Origin: an uncultured virus (IMG/VR IMGVR_UViG_3300044630_007810)
Lineage: Duplodnaviria; Heunggongvirae; Uroviricota; Caudoviricetes
Virus record (IMG/VR): IMGVR_UViG_3300044630_007810
DNA length: 64,000 nt
Strand: one strand, 5' to 3'
The position numbers and the translations under genes were made by a program. Positions 1 through 10,066 of this stretch are shown here, piece after piece. The stretch's first letter is position 1. The number at the start of each line of letters is the position of its first letter. The notes beneath the pieces are model-generated. The model did not search any database and was not told the DNA's origin. It worked only from the letters and a program-made list of their open reading frames with translations.

Positions 1-8
1 ATTCATAA

Positions 9-902
9 ATGAAAGAAATTTACAGCTTTAAGATAGAAAGAAAAGTAGAAAAAACAATACCATATATAAAAAAAACTAAAGATGGTAGCGTAGAATCAAC
101 AAAAAAAGTAATTGAGTGTACTCCAAATCGAGTTGTTTTCGTGAAACCTTCAATGGCAACAATAGAAGAGGCTGAGTTTTTTTATGGTCAAAAATTCAAT
201 GAATATATCAATTCTGGCTTTTTAACTAAAGCTATGTTAAATAAAAAAATGGGCGATATTGGAGGTTTTTCTTCAAAAATTTCAATAGAAAAATTACAAA
301 AATCCATTATTGATAATATGGAGGCTTCTAGAACAATTGAATTTTTTGGAGAATCAACGGATTTAACAGAAGAGCAAAAAGAAAAATTACAAGAAGCAAA
401 AGGAATTTTTGTTAGTACAAAAAATGATATTTTTGAACACGAACAATCAATGAGATCTCAGTTTTCACAAACAGCAGATGCGAAGGCAGAGCAAAAGCTT
501 ATTGAATGGCTCGTCTTTAATTTGTCTTATTACGAAGAAGAAGTTGATTCTAAAAAACAATTATTTCCAATTTTTCAAGGAGATAGTTTTGATCAAAAAA
601 GAAGATTTTATCTTGAGTTGTGTGAGTCTATAGAAGACATAGATGATCAATCTTTATTGAAAATAAAAAATATATTCGATCAATCATTTAATACTTTAGT
701 AAGAACGGCAAGTATATGGTACAATAAGATTGCAGAAAAACAAGAGGATATTGAAAAAGCGATAAATGAAATGTTTGGTGATTCTTCAGAAAATCTCATT
801 GAAGACAATGCAAAAATAGAAGCTGATTCCGAAATAAACAAACAAGATTCTGAAGAGCAAGTTGATGAAGTTATCGAAAAAGATAACTCAAATGAAAAAT
901 AA
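9..902 (+). CDS. Hypothetical protein, possible tail assembly chaperone
   Basis: 297 aa helical protein with an acidic tail, two genes upstream of the tape measure gene; function from position only. Confidence 0.4.
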   Translation: MKEIYSFKIERKVEKTIPYIKKTKDGSVESTKKVIECTPNRVVFVKPSMATIEEAEFFYGQKFNEYINSGFLTKAMLNKKMGDIGGFSSKISIEKLQKSIIDNMEASRTIEFFGESTDLTEEQKEKLQEAKGIFVSTKNDIFEHEQSMRSQFSQTADAKAEQKLIEWLVFNLSYYEEEVDSKKQLFPIFQGDSFDQKRRFYLELCESIEDIDDQSLLKIKNIFDQSFNTLVRTASIWYNKIAEKQEDIEKAINEMFGDSSENLIEDNAKIEADSEINKQDSEEQVDEVIEKDNSNEK

Positions 903-1773
903 AGATGAGTTAAATTCTAAAGCACACTCCGCTTTAATTGATATTGTTCGTGGTTTTAGTATAATACATACTGAAAACCACGAATTTTATTTTAAACATT
1001 TTGCCTTAAGTGAAATTCTATTAATAGAAGAAACTTATGACTTTTATTTAAGATCAGCAAAAAAAGCTGGCATTAAAACAGAAAAAGAAATTATTGATTC
1101 TGCGATCAAAAATGGTTATTGGACAATAGATAAAGAAGAAGAGATTAAATCGTTAAAATGGATGATGGCCAAGCTTGTTGAAGCCGAAAAAAAGATGAAT
1201 GATCCGATACAAAAGCTTTCTTTAAAACAAAATGTCGAAAGTAAATCTAAAGATTTAGAAAAATTAAAGAATGAAAAAGATCTTTTGGTAAAATTTAGTG
1301 CCGAAAATTTTGCTCAAAATAAAAAATTTAAAAATTTAATAGCAAATTGTTTTTTCAAAGATAAATCTTTTACAGAACCAGTTAGTGAAGAAGAATCAAT
1401 TATTTATCATTCTGAATTATTTAATAAAATGTCTGATTTAAATTCTAAAGAAATAATTGTTTATAGCGCCTATAATCCGTCCTTCTTTGAATTAATGAGT
1501 TTGCACTATAGGCAACCTCATGTTATATTTAATAAATCTGGTTTTGATTTAACAATTTATCAAAAAAATATATTAATTTACGCCAACTCTTTATTGAATA
1601 AATTTAAAAATTATTCAATCCCTGATTCAATATTAGAAGATCCAATAAAAATATTAGATTATGTGGAAAAAGAAGATGCAAAAAAATCTAATGTAAGTCA
1701 TGGTGTTGAGGATTTAAAAATTAAAAGCGCTGCTAGGGGAGGTTCTTTAAAGGCAGAAGACTTTTTGACTTGA
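892..1773 (+). CDS. Hypothetical protein, possible tail assembly chaperone
   Basis: ATG at 892 (MKNKDEL) overlaps the upstream stop; immediately precedes the tape measure gene. Confidence 0.4.
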   Translation: MKNKDELNSKAHSALIDIVRGFSIIHTENHEFYFKHFALSEILLIEETYDFYLRSAKKAGIKTEKEIIDSAIKNGYWTIDKEEEIKSLKWMMAKLVEAEKKMNDPIQKLSLKQNVESKSKDLEKLKNEKDLLVKFSAENFAQNKKFKNLIANCFFKDKSFTEPVSEEESIIYHSELFNKMSDLNSKEIIVYSAYNPSFFELMSLHYRQPHVIFNKSGFDLTIYQKNILIYANSLLNKFKNYSIPDSILEDPIKILDYVEKEDAKKSNVSHGVEDLKIKSAARGGSLKAEDFLT

Positions 1774-1776
1774 TGT

Positions 1777-1782
1777 GTGTAA
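1777..1782 (+). promoter_or_regulatory. GTGTAA motif (putative phage late promoter)
   Basis: 9 nt upstream of ATG 1792; same motif and spacing recur at 7 other gene starts. Confidence 0.65.
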
Positions 1783-1791
1783 TTAATAAAA

Positions 1792-4700
1792 ATGGCCAAC
1801 ACATCAGGTATTAATATTACAGGTAATTTAACCCTGAATCCCCAAAGCATTAATGCTGCGTCAAAACAGGTTCAACAAGCTTTAGGAAGGATTACGGGTC
1901 AAGCTTCAGAGTTTCAAAAATCACTTGACGCTTCAACTGCTCGTGTATTTGCTTTCGGAGCTACTACCTCTATATTAAATGGAGTTTCTCAAGCGTTCAA
2001 AGGGCTTATTGCTAATACGATAAATGTTGAAAAAAGATTAACGGAAATAAGTACAATAATTGGATCTACAGGTTCCCAGCTTAACGATTTTAGAAATACA
2101 ATTTTTGATGTTGCAAAAACTACTGGACAATCTTTTAATGTTGTTGCAGATGCCGCATCAGAATTAGCAAGACAGGGTTTAAATGCAGAGGAAACTGCAA
2201 AAAGACTTGAGTCTGCATTGGTTTTAACGAGAATTTCTGGTCTTGATTCAGTTAAATCAGTAAAAGCTCTTACCGCCGCAATTAATGGATTTAGTAGCGC
2301 TGGATTAACCGCAGAACAAATAACCAACAAACTTGTTGCTGTTGATACAGCGTTTGCTGTTTCAGCTCAAGATTTGGCTGAGGCATTTAGTAGAGCTGGT
2401 TCTACCGCAGAAGATGCTGGAGTTAGTTTCGATGAACTTTTAGGTATAGTTACTGCTGTTGAACAAACAACATCTCGTGGTGGAGCAGTTATTGGTAACG
2501 CATTAAAATCTATATTTACTAGATTAGGCAGAGGTTCTGTTGTAGAAGATTTGCGGGAACTTGGTGTCGAGATTAATTCTTCTCAAAGTGGCGTTCAAAA
2601 ACTTCAAGCATTATCTCAATCACTTGAAAATATAAGCGATCCAACTGTAGCTAATAAAATTAAAGAATTGGCTGGTGGCGTTTATCAAATAAACATTGTT
2701 AGTGCCGCACTCAAGGATTTGGGTTCGGATACATCTATTTTTTCTCAAGCGGCAAGCAAATCTGCATCAGCGATGGATGAAGCGTTTACAAAAAATGCCG
2801 CATTAAATGAAATGATCAGCTCTCAAATGAATGCGTTAGTTGTTGGTTTAACAAATTTATCAGAAAAAATTGGGACAATAACGTTCGGGCCAATTATAAA
2901 AAATCTTTTAAGCTTGGCTAATGAGTTTACATCCTTTTTAGAAACAGCATTTGATCCAGAAAAGGGTAATAAATTTATTCAAGGAATATTTGACGCTATT
3001 GGAAACTTTCTTTCTGGTCCAGGTTTGGTTCTTATAACAACAGGATTTTTAAAAATATTTTCTCTTGTTGCAAAATTTGCAAAAGAAGGTTTTAAAACTG
3101 TATTACAAATCGGTTCTGAATCAGAAAAAATTAAAAATATTGAAAGTGGAATTGTTGGTCTTTTGTCAAGAGATCAGCAATTAAGAGCAATTATAGCTAG
3201 TTCAACAGCAACGCAAGCGCAAAAAGAACAGGCTGTTATTAATGCAATTAAAGCAGAAAATGATTTATTAAGACAACAAGAACAGTTATTAAGAAGTATT
3301 GCTACGGCAGCAGCTCAAAGAGGTGTTGTTGGATACAGTCCAGATAAGGGCTTTACTGGCAAAGGCAAAAAAACTTTTGCTGCTGGATTTATGGTTGAGG
3401 AGGCTCAGGCGCGAATGTTAGGAGCAAGTCCGAATGTTAAGGCTAAAATGAGCAAAGGCAAAATTGGTGGACAAAAGTTCATCATGAATAATGAAGAAAT
3501 CGAAATACCAAAATTCGGAAAAAATGGAGATTCTGCTGTTATACCAATGTATAATAAAGGTTATATACCAAACTTTGCAAAATATATATATGATTCCGAT
3601 AGGATTGCTCCAGACAAAGGGGCTACCTTAAAAGCAGTTCTTGCTTCTCAAGTTAAAAAGAATCTTATTATTGGTCCAGCGGGATCGGGCAAATCGACAT
3701 TAGCTGGTAGAACAGGAAAATTTCTTTCTAATGCTGATGATGTGTCTAATGCCACCGAAATTGATATTCTTTCTGGAGCTGCTCGTGCAAAAGGAGGTGG
3801 TATATCTAAAAATTTAGAAGCTATAATTTCAGCAGTAAATGGTTCTGACGGTAAAGTGTCTTATCTTTATACAAAAAATCTTGATATCTTATCTAGAAGA
3901 GCTGGAAGAACGGTCGCAGAAGAAGGGGATTTAAGAAGTAAAAAACAATTAAAAGGAACAACTTATGCGCCATTAAATCAGTTTGATTTTATGGGTTATG
4001 TTAAATCAAAATCTCGTAATTTTAATTTAATTAATGCGGCCAAAGGCTTTATACCAAATTTTCAAAATCGTACACTTCCATTATTGCAAGATCAGGCAAT
4101 TTTAAGACAGTTAGCGGCAGATCCAAATAGTGGATTAGATCCAACTAAAACTCAATTAAGAACATCTCAAGTAATTACATATAATGGGCAACAATATGCA
4201 GTTCCAGCGTCTAAGCTTAAAAACGCTTTAGAAGTTGGTGACAAGCAAAAAAAAGTTATTGATGTAGCTTCTGTAATTGGAACTAAAATGCCAACCATGT
4301 TAACGCCTAATGATAATTCAAAAGACATTACTTATACACAAAACTTAAAAGATTCTGGCGTTAAATTAAAATATGTTTTCGACGCTTTTAAAGCAGGAGG
4401 TACAGATGAACTTAGGCAAAATTTTGAAAAAAACTTTGGAGAAACAGAAATAGAGGAACTAGCAAGAAAATTCATTTTAAATCAATCACAAGTATTAGCA
4501 AAAGCGTTAGATTTAAAACCAGCAGAACCAGATTCCGTTAAAGAAGTTATGGGTGGTGAAGGATTTAAAGGTGCTATTAGATCTGCTTCTGGATCTTTAT
4601 TTGAAGCTGCAATCAGCTCTACCTTGCAATACAAAGCATTAAATCCAGCTTCTGGCGGTAATTTTGATGTAAGAACCGCTGGAGCTACTGACAAACAAAT

Positions 4701-7023
4701 AAATTCTATTAAAAAACTATTTGGAGAAGATTCAATTGTATCTAGTGGATTAGCAGATTTCAAATATTCGGCAGAAACAAACAAAGAAAGCATGGCGGCT
4801 AAAGTTAAGAAAGAATATTCTGCAAAAATTAATGATGCAATTAGCAAATCAATTTCTAAAAAAAATAAAGCGACTGGATACATTCCTAATTTTGCAGATC
4901 CACTTAAAGAGGCTATTGGCCGCGAAATGTCTGCTGGCATTCCAGCTTCGCAAATTTATGTAGACCAAAATTCATCATTAAAGAACTCCATGAATCCAAT
5001 GGGATTAATGGTTGCTAATCGTCGTGATGAACCAGCTGGTGGTATTCAAGGAATTAGTCGCGCAAGAAAAGAAGGGGCTAATCCAAAATTATATGGAGCA
5101 GCTCGTGGTTTTATCCCTAATTATGCAGCTAAAGCACCTGACGACATAGATGGAAAAGTTAAATTTTCACTTGAAAAATTCAGTGGAGCCTCTATTGCGT
5201 TATCTATGGCTCTTTCCTCTGTTCCATCTTTAATCGGCCCAACAGAAGAATTAGACTCGGCTATGACTAGCACTGCTAAAACAATAACTTCTTCAGCCGC
5301 TCAATTTGCTTCAATTGGATCTGTTTTTGGTCCATATGGTGTAGCAGTAGGTGCTGCTGCTGGAGTGATAATGTCTGTAGTAGACGCTTATAAAGATGTA
5401 AAAAACAAACAAGAGGAGGGTGTTAAAATACAAGAAGAAGTTAATAAAAAACTTAAGGGATTAACCGCTGTAAGGAAGGGCCGACAAGAAGCATTTGGTT
5501 CTGAAACCAACAAAGACGCTGCATCCGCTCAACAAGATTTAATCAAAGCGTTAAAAGATAGAAGTATGTCTATAAAACCATTACAGGACGCAGAATCTAA
5601 TTTGAAAAAAATTTACGAAGAGCAAACTTCTACAGAAGAAGATAAAAACGAAGCATCTTTTAAATATATAGAGGCTATAAAAAGAGCGAAAAATAGTTTG
5701 GATCACATTAATTTTACAGAAGATTTTGCAAAAAAAATACAGGAGTCTGCAGCGAAGTTTTCTAAAACATTAGATCTTGTATCTACTAAATTAGAACAAC
5801 AATCATTTCTTGAGGGAATAGCGGGAGGATTTACAGCGAAAGAAGGATCTAAATATTCAGGTGCTGTAACATCAGCAACTGAAACGCAACAAAGCGTAAC
5901 TCAAAGCACTAAATCTGCTGTAGATTTTAGGGCAAATTTCGCTAGTTCTGATTTTGCTAGTATGATGAACCAGGTTAAACAATCGCAATTGTCAGGTAAA
6001 ACGGGTGCTGAAATTTCTGGTACAGTTTCTGCTGATGTATTTAAAGCCTATATGGAAAAAGGCTCTCAAGGAGTAACTCAAGAACTGTCAAAATATATTA
6101 ATCTTGAAGGCGAAGCTGCTCAAAAATTTAAAGATAATGTAATTTCATCTGCGCAAACATTTAGAAATAATGTTGCTGAGACAATGAAAGGAATGATTAA
6201 TCAAAGAACAGACTTAGAAAACAAATTAATCACCACTAATAAAGAAATACAATCAAAAATAACATCATCTATTTCTGGAATCACAGAAAAATTATCATCA
6301 ATAACACAAGGTCCAAAAATTGATCCTCTTGCAATTTCTAAAGCGTTTTCAGAAGCGGCAAAAATTTCAGCAACAAATCCAGAGGAGGCTGCTAAAATTA
6401 TAGATAGAGTTTCTGAGCAGTTTGTTAAATTTAGGGAAATTTTTGGCGAAGAGGCTGCTAGAAAATTAGCCGAATCTTCTGGGCTTGGTTTAAAGGAAAC
6501 TCAAAATTTAACCGCTGGTACTGCTGCATCACAAATAAATTATAAAGCAATTGAAGATGCGTTATTAAAATCATTAGGTTCAAATCAATTACCGTTAAAT
6601 ATACAAAAAGCTATACAAGCGGCAAAACTTGATGTTAAAAATGTTCCTGCATTACAAAAACTCATAGATGAAAAAATGCAAGGTTCAAGATTTGATCAGT
6701 CAAGAAAAACTATTCAAGCTGCTTTAACTGGTGTTGCTGCTGGCAAACCAGATGAAAATAAAGATGATGTTAAAAAATTGGAAGATGAAAGGAATAGGAC
6801 TTCCCTAGAATTAAAAAATCTTAACGAAAGGATTGCTAAGTTTTCACAAGATTTTGAACCAACTGGAATACCTAAAGCTATGGAAGCTTTATCAGAATCG
6901 ATATTCAATGCAAGTGATAACGTAAAGGGATTCCAAGAATTTACAAGCAATTTAAACAGATTATCAACTACGATTAATCAAAGACTTTTAGATATTGAAA
7001 GAAGATTAAGTCAAGTAAATTAA
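1792..7023 (+). CDS. Tail tape measure protein (TP901-like N-terminal core) with internal cassettes
   Basis: 1743 aa, Ala/Ser-rich; TP901-type core (ELARQG..., DLAEAFSRAGSTA..., GNALKSIFTRL); internal GPAGSGKST and four G[FY]IPN[FY] motifs; hydrophobic Gly/Ala segment after the fourth motif. Confidence 0.9.
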   Translation: MANTSGINITGNLTLNPQSINAASKQVQQALGRITGQASEFQKSLDASTARVFAFGATTSILNGVSQAFKGLIANTINVEKRLTEISTIIGSTGSQLNDFRNTIFDVAKTTGQSFNVVADAASELARQGLNAEETAKRLESALVLTRISGLDSVKSVKALTAAINGFSSAGLTAEQITNKLVAVDTAFAVSAQDLAEAFSRAGSTAEDAGVSFDELLGIVTAVEQTTSRGGAVIGNALKSIFTRLGRGSVVEDLRELGVEINSSQSGVQKLQALSQSLENISDPTVANKIKELAGGVYQINIVSAALKDLGSDTSIFSQAASKSASAMDEAFTKNAALNEMISSQMNALVVGLTNLSEKIGTITFGPIIKNLLSLANEFTSFLETAFDPEKGNKFIQGIFDAIGNFLSGPGLVLITTGFLKIFSLVAKFAKEGFKTVLQIGSESEKIKNIESGIVGLLSRDQQLRAIIASSTATQAQKEQAVINAIKAENDLLRQQEQLLRSIATAAAQRGVVGYSPDKGFTGKGKKTFAAGFMVEEAQARMLGASPNVKAKMSKGKIGGQKFIMNNEEIEIPKFGKNGDSAVIPMYNKGYIPNFAKYIYDSDRIAPDKGATLKAVLASQVKKNLIIGPAGSGKSTLAGRTGKFLSNADDVSNATEIDILSGAARAKGGGISKNLEAIISAVNGSDGKVSYLYTKNLDILSRRAGRTVAEEGDLRSKKQLKGTTYAPLNQFDFMGYVKSKSRNFNLINAAKGFIPNFQNRTLPLLQDQAILRQLAADPNSGLDPTKTQLRTSQVITYNGQQYAVPASKLKNALEVGDKQKKVIDVASVIGTKMPTMLTPNDNSKDITYTQNLKDSGVKLKYVFDAFKAGGTDELRQNFEKNFGETEIEELARKFILNQSQVLAKALDLKPAEPDSVKEVMGGEGFKGAIRSASGSLFEAAISSTLQYKALNPASGGNFDVRTAGATDKQINSIKKLFGEDSIVSSGLADFKYSAETNKESMAAKVKKEYSAKINDAISKSISKKNKATGYIPNFADPLKEAIGREMSAGIPASQIYVDQNSSLKNSMNPMGLMVANRRDEPAGGIQGISRARKEGANPKLYGAARGFIPNYAAKAPDDIDGKVKFSLEKFSGASIALSMALSSVPSLIGPTEELDSAMTSTAKTITSSAAQFASIGSVFGPYGVAVGAAAGVIMSVVDAYKDVKNKQEEGVKIQEEVNKKLKGLTAVRKGRQEAFGSETNKDAASAQQDLIKALKDRSMSIKPLQDAESNLKKIYEEQTSTEEDKNEASFKYIEAIKRAKNSLDHINFTEDFAKKIQESAAKFSKTLDLVSTKLEQQSFLEGIAGGFTAKEGSKYSGAVTSATETQQSVTQSTKSAVDFRANFASSDFASMMNQVKQSQLSGKTGAEISGTVSADVFKAYMEKGSQGVTQELSKYINLEGEAAQKFKDNVISSAQTFRNNVAETMKGMINQRTDLENKLITTNKEIQSKITSSISGITEKLSSITQGPKIDPLAISKAFSEAAKISATNPEEAAKIIDRVSEQFVKFREIFGEEAARKLAESSGLGLKETQNLTAGTAASQINYKAIEDALLKSLGSNQLPLNIQKAIQAAKLDVKNVPALQKLIDEKMQGSRFDQSRKTIQAALTGVAAGKPDENKDDVKKLEDERNRTSLELKNLNERIAKFSQDFEPTGIPKAMEALSESIFNASDNVKGFQEFTSNLNRLSTTINQRLLDIERRLSQVN

Positions 7024-7028
7024 GCATC

Positions 7029-8510
7029 ATGAGTTTACTAATAAATAAAGTTACAAATTCTTCAATTCAAATAAATTATAACTATTTTGATTCTGTTAAT
7101 TTATTTGGGTATGAAGTTTTAGCAAGTTATACGGTTGATATTTCTGACGTTGAATTTGAAGAAAATAATGTTTTACTTGTTGGGCAACAAGCTTTGAAGG
7201 CCGCATATGCTAGAAAAAATATTGTCGCTAGAATTGGAGGAGATGAATTTCTTAATGGAAGACTAACATCCTTGTCCTTCAAAGAAACATCTCTTGCTGG
7301 TTCAACAACTGCGACAATAGCAATACAAGAGTCTAAAAGATTAAATTCATATTCAAACAACAGTTTTGCTCAAAGTCTTGCAAGCCCACAATGGATAGAA
7401 TCTTTTCAAGAAAATTTAAATTCATCATATTCAGACGATAGTTATTCTTTTGATAGAAGTGTTTCTATAAAATATAAGCAAGATGCTGGAAGTCAGTTTT
7501 TAGATAATGCAAAAATATTTTTAAATAACTTTTATTTTAATAATAGACCGCAATATGGAAATGCCGATACAACAAGTTGGAAAACAAATAAAACGGAAAA
7601 CTTTAATCTTATAGATTTATCTGTTTCTTTTACAGAAAATTTTCAATCATCTACGAATATAGTGAATAATATTTCTTTCACTTCTTCTTTTACAACAAGT
7701 GTTGATGATAATGGTTTTAAAAACAAATCTTACGACATACAAATAAAAGCCTTGAAAGAGCCAATTGAGGAAAATGCTTTAAGTGCCGCAAAATTAAAAA
7801 TAGATGAAATAGTTTCAACAGAAAACTCAACATATGGTCGTCCAATATTGATAGAAAAAGGTATTAGTAAAGACAGTGGTGTTATTACATTAAAAATGTC
7901 ATTTACAAATAATCCAAATAAAAATCAAGAAAGTGTTATTTCATATGAAGTATCTAAACAAAAAAGCGGGGCGTATTATGAATATCAAATAAATATAAAT
8001 TACATTTCTGAAGGAAAAAATCTTGAAACTAGATTTCAAAATGTAAAAAATATTTATTCTTCAACTCAATCTACATATAGCAGCAAAATAAATTCTTTAT
8101 TTTCATCTGTTGGATCTATATATGAAAAATCAAGATCTACATCATTTATAAAGCATGAAGGTAAAATCAACGATAACGTTATTTTTTCTACAGATAATTC
8201 TTATAATACTAATAATGGCATTTTAAAATTCAAAACAACAAAATCAACAACTGATCCAACAGATGTATTTGAAAAAGTTATTGATCTTGCTGATTTAAAT
8301 CAAAAAATTGCTACATCTAATAACAAGGGCAATGGAAGAGGGAGTTTGTCAATGGTTGTGGTTCCTTTTAAATCTAAAGGGCTTAGATTTGGAGAAACAT
8401 ATTTATTAAATAATGCTCCAATTATAAATGGATATATTGAGTCCGATCAGATTTCAATAGATTCAGCAAATGGAACAACAACTCGCACAATTAATTATGT
8501 AACATCATGA
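7029..8510 (+). CDS. Putative tail/baseplate structural protein
   Basis: Ser/Thr/Asn-rich, beta-type composition; directly follows the tape measure gene. Confidence 0.55.
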   Translation: MSLLINKVTNSSIQINYNYFDSVNLFGYEVLASYTVDISDVEFEENNVLLVGQQALKAAYARKNIVARIGGDEFLNGRLTSLSFKETSLAGSTTATIAIQESKRLNSYSNNSFAQSLASPQWIESFQENLNSSYSDDSYSFDRSVSIKYKQDAGSQFLDNAKIFLNNFYFNNRPQYGNADTTSWKTNKTENFNLIDLSVSFTENFQSSTNIVNNISFTSSFTTSVDDNGFKNKSYDIQIKALKEPIEENALSAAKLKIDEIVSTENSTYGRPILIEKGISKDSGVITLKMSFTNNPNKNQESVISYEVSKQKSGAYYEYQININYISEGKNLETRFQNVKNIYSSTQSTYSSKINSLFSSVGSIYEKSRSTSFIKHEGKINDNVIFSTDNSYNTNNGILKFKTTKSTTDPTDVFEKVIDLADLNQKIATSNNKGNGRGSLSMVVVPFKSKGLRFGETYLLNNAPIINGYIESDQISIDSANGTTTRTINYVTS

Positions 8511-10066
8511 GCACAGTATCTTATGGATCTTATACATTACCAGAACCATCTCCATTTGTGGCGATAGATGATAGCCCTATTTATATGGAAGGTTCTTTGG
8601 ATCATCTTTCTAAAAAAATTACTTTAATCGGAAAAATAACTGGCGAAAATTTATTAAAAATTCATACAACAAAACAAAAATTAATTAGTGGGTTTTTATC
8701 TGAATATCAAAATTTAACAATTGATTCTGAAAGTTTTAATTTTGTAAAACCAGTCTCCATTTCTTTTCAAGAGTCAAATTTAAGTAGAATTTTACCTTAC
8801 TCAATTGAATTAGAGGCTTACGAATATACAAGCTTTTCTAATTATTATGGAATTAAAGACCCAGTAAATACTTGGTCATATTCTGAACAAGATGGTAGAA
8901 TTGTTAATGTAACAAACACTATTTCCGCCGTAGGATTAAAGGTGGATAGTACACCTGCAATAGAGCAAGCAATTAATTTTGTTTCTTCTTCTCTTGATTC
9001 TTTTAAAGATTATAGTTTTTTTCATTCTGGACAAAATGCTTTTTTAAGATCAGAAATAGAACAATATGATCGTTTTAGAGGATTTTATTCTTTAACGCGA
9101 AATTGGAAACTTGATGTAAGCAAAAATCCTATCTCTAATAACGCTATTATTAGCCCTAAAGTACAGATTTCATATTCTAAAGGTGATTCTGTTAAAATTT
9201 CTGTAAATGGAGATATTATTGGAAGTGTTAATGGAGAACAGGTTTCGGAAAATTTATTTGACTCAAACAAAGCTAAAGAATTCGCTTTAAACGCATTAAT
9301 TAAATCAAAATCAAATTTTGAAAATAATATTTACGATGCCATTTCAAGGGGTGCAAGTTCTTATAATTATACCCATAATCAAGCATCAAATACAATTTCT
9401 TTTTCATTTGAATTCACTAATGCGACTGACACAAGAAATGAAGATGTGCTAAACAATTATACCGTTTCAATTAGTGCGACCAAGGACTCTAATTTAATTA
9501 CTGTTTCCGTTAATGGAGAATTAAAATATAATGGCCCAAATGATATATATACTGGTGGAAGTTTAGAATCTAGCGCAAGATTTGCAAAATTACAACAAAG
9601 AATTTCCACTATTAATCCATATCAACTTGCATTAGAGCATTTTTCATCATTCATATCATTATCTAATAATCAATATGAATCGAGTAGTTATTTAAATAAT
9701 AAGGCTATCGCGGAAAATATTAATAAAAACCCATTTGAAACTAAAATTTCTTATTCGTATAGTTATAATAATAATATAGACCCATCAAACGGACAATTAA
9801 ATGATTGCGAAGTATCGATATCTGATACAAGACCAGTTGCAGTCACAATGTTTAAAAATGGAATGAATGGATTAGTAAATCAACTTGTAGCAAATAGAAT
9901 GCTTGGCGAATTAAGTGTAACTGCAACAGCAAATAATTTAGAAAGTTCTTTGCCTAATTTAAAAAATATAGCAAAAGAATATTTAAATAAAAATTGCAAA
10001 ATAATAAATGAAACATCAACCGTTGGACAAAGCGAAATATCTTACACAATAACATCAAATTACTAA
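8507..10066 (+). CDS. Putative tail/baseplate structural protein
   Basis: ATGA overlap with the previous gene; similar composition. Confidence 0.55.
   Translation: MSTVSYGSYTLPEPSPFVAIDDSPIYMEGSLDHLSKKITLIGKITGENLLKIHTTKQKLISGFLSEYQNLTIDSESFNFVKPVSISFQESNLSRILPYSIELEAYEYTSFSNYYGIKDPVNTWSYSEQDGRIVNVTNTISAVGLKVDSTPAIEQAINFVSSSLDSFKDYSFFHSGQNAFLRSEIEQYDRFRGFYSLTRNWKLDVSKNPISNNAIISPKVQISYSKGDSVKISVNGDIIGSVNGEQVSENLFDSNKAKEFALNALIKSKSNFENNIYDAISRGASSYNYTHNQASNTISFSFEFTNATDTRNEDVLNNYTVSISATKDSNLITVSVNGELKYNGPNDIYTGGSLESSARFAKLQQRISTINPYQLALEHFSSFISLSNNQYESSSYLNNKAIAENINKNPFETKISYSYSYNNNIDPSNGQLNDCEVSISDTRPVAVTMFKNGMNGLVNQLVANRMLGELSVTATANNLESSLPNLKNIAKEYLNKNCKIINETSTVGQSEISYTITSNY

Noticed and set aside
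862..902. Programmed -1 frameshift between tail chaperone genes
   Set aside because: The second ORF is in the +1 frame, has its own ATG at 892, and no clear slippery heptamer is present
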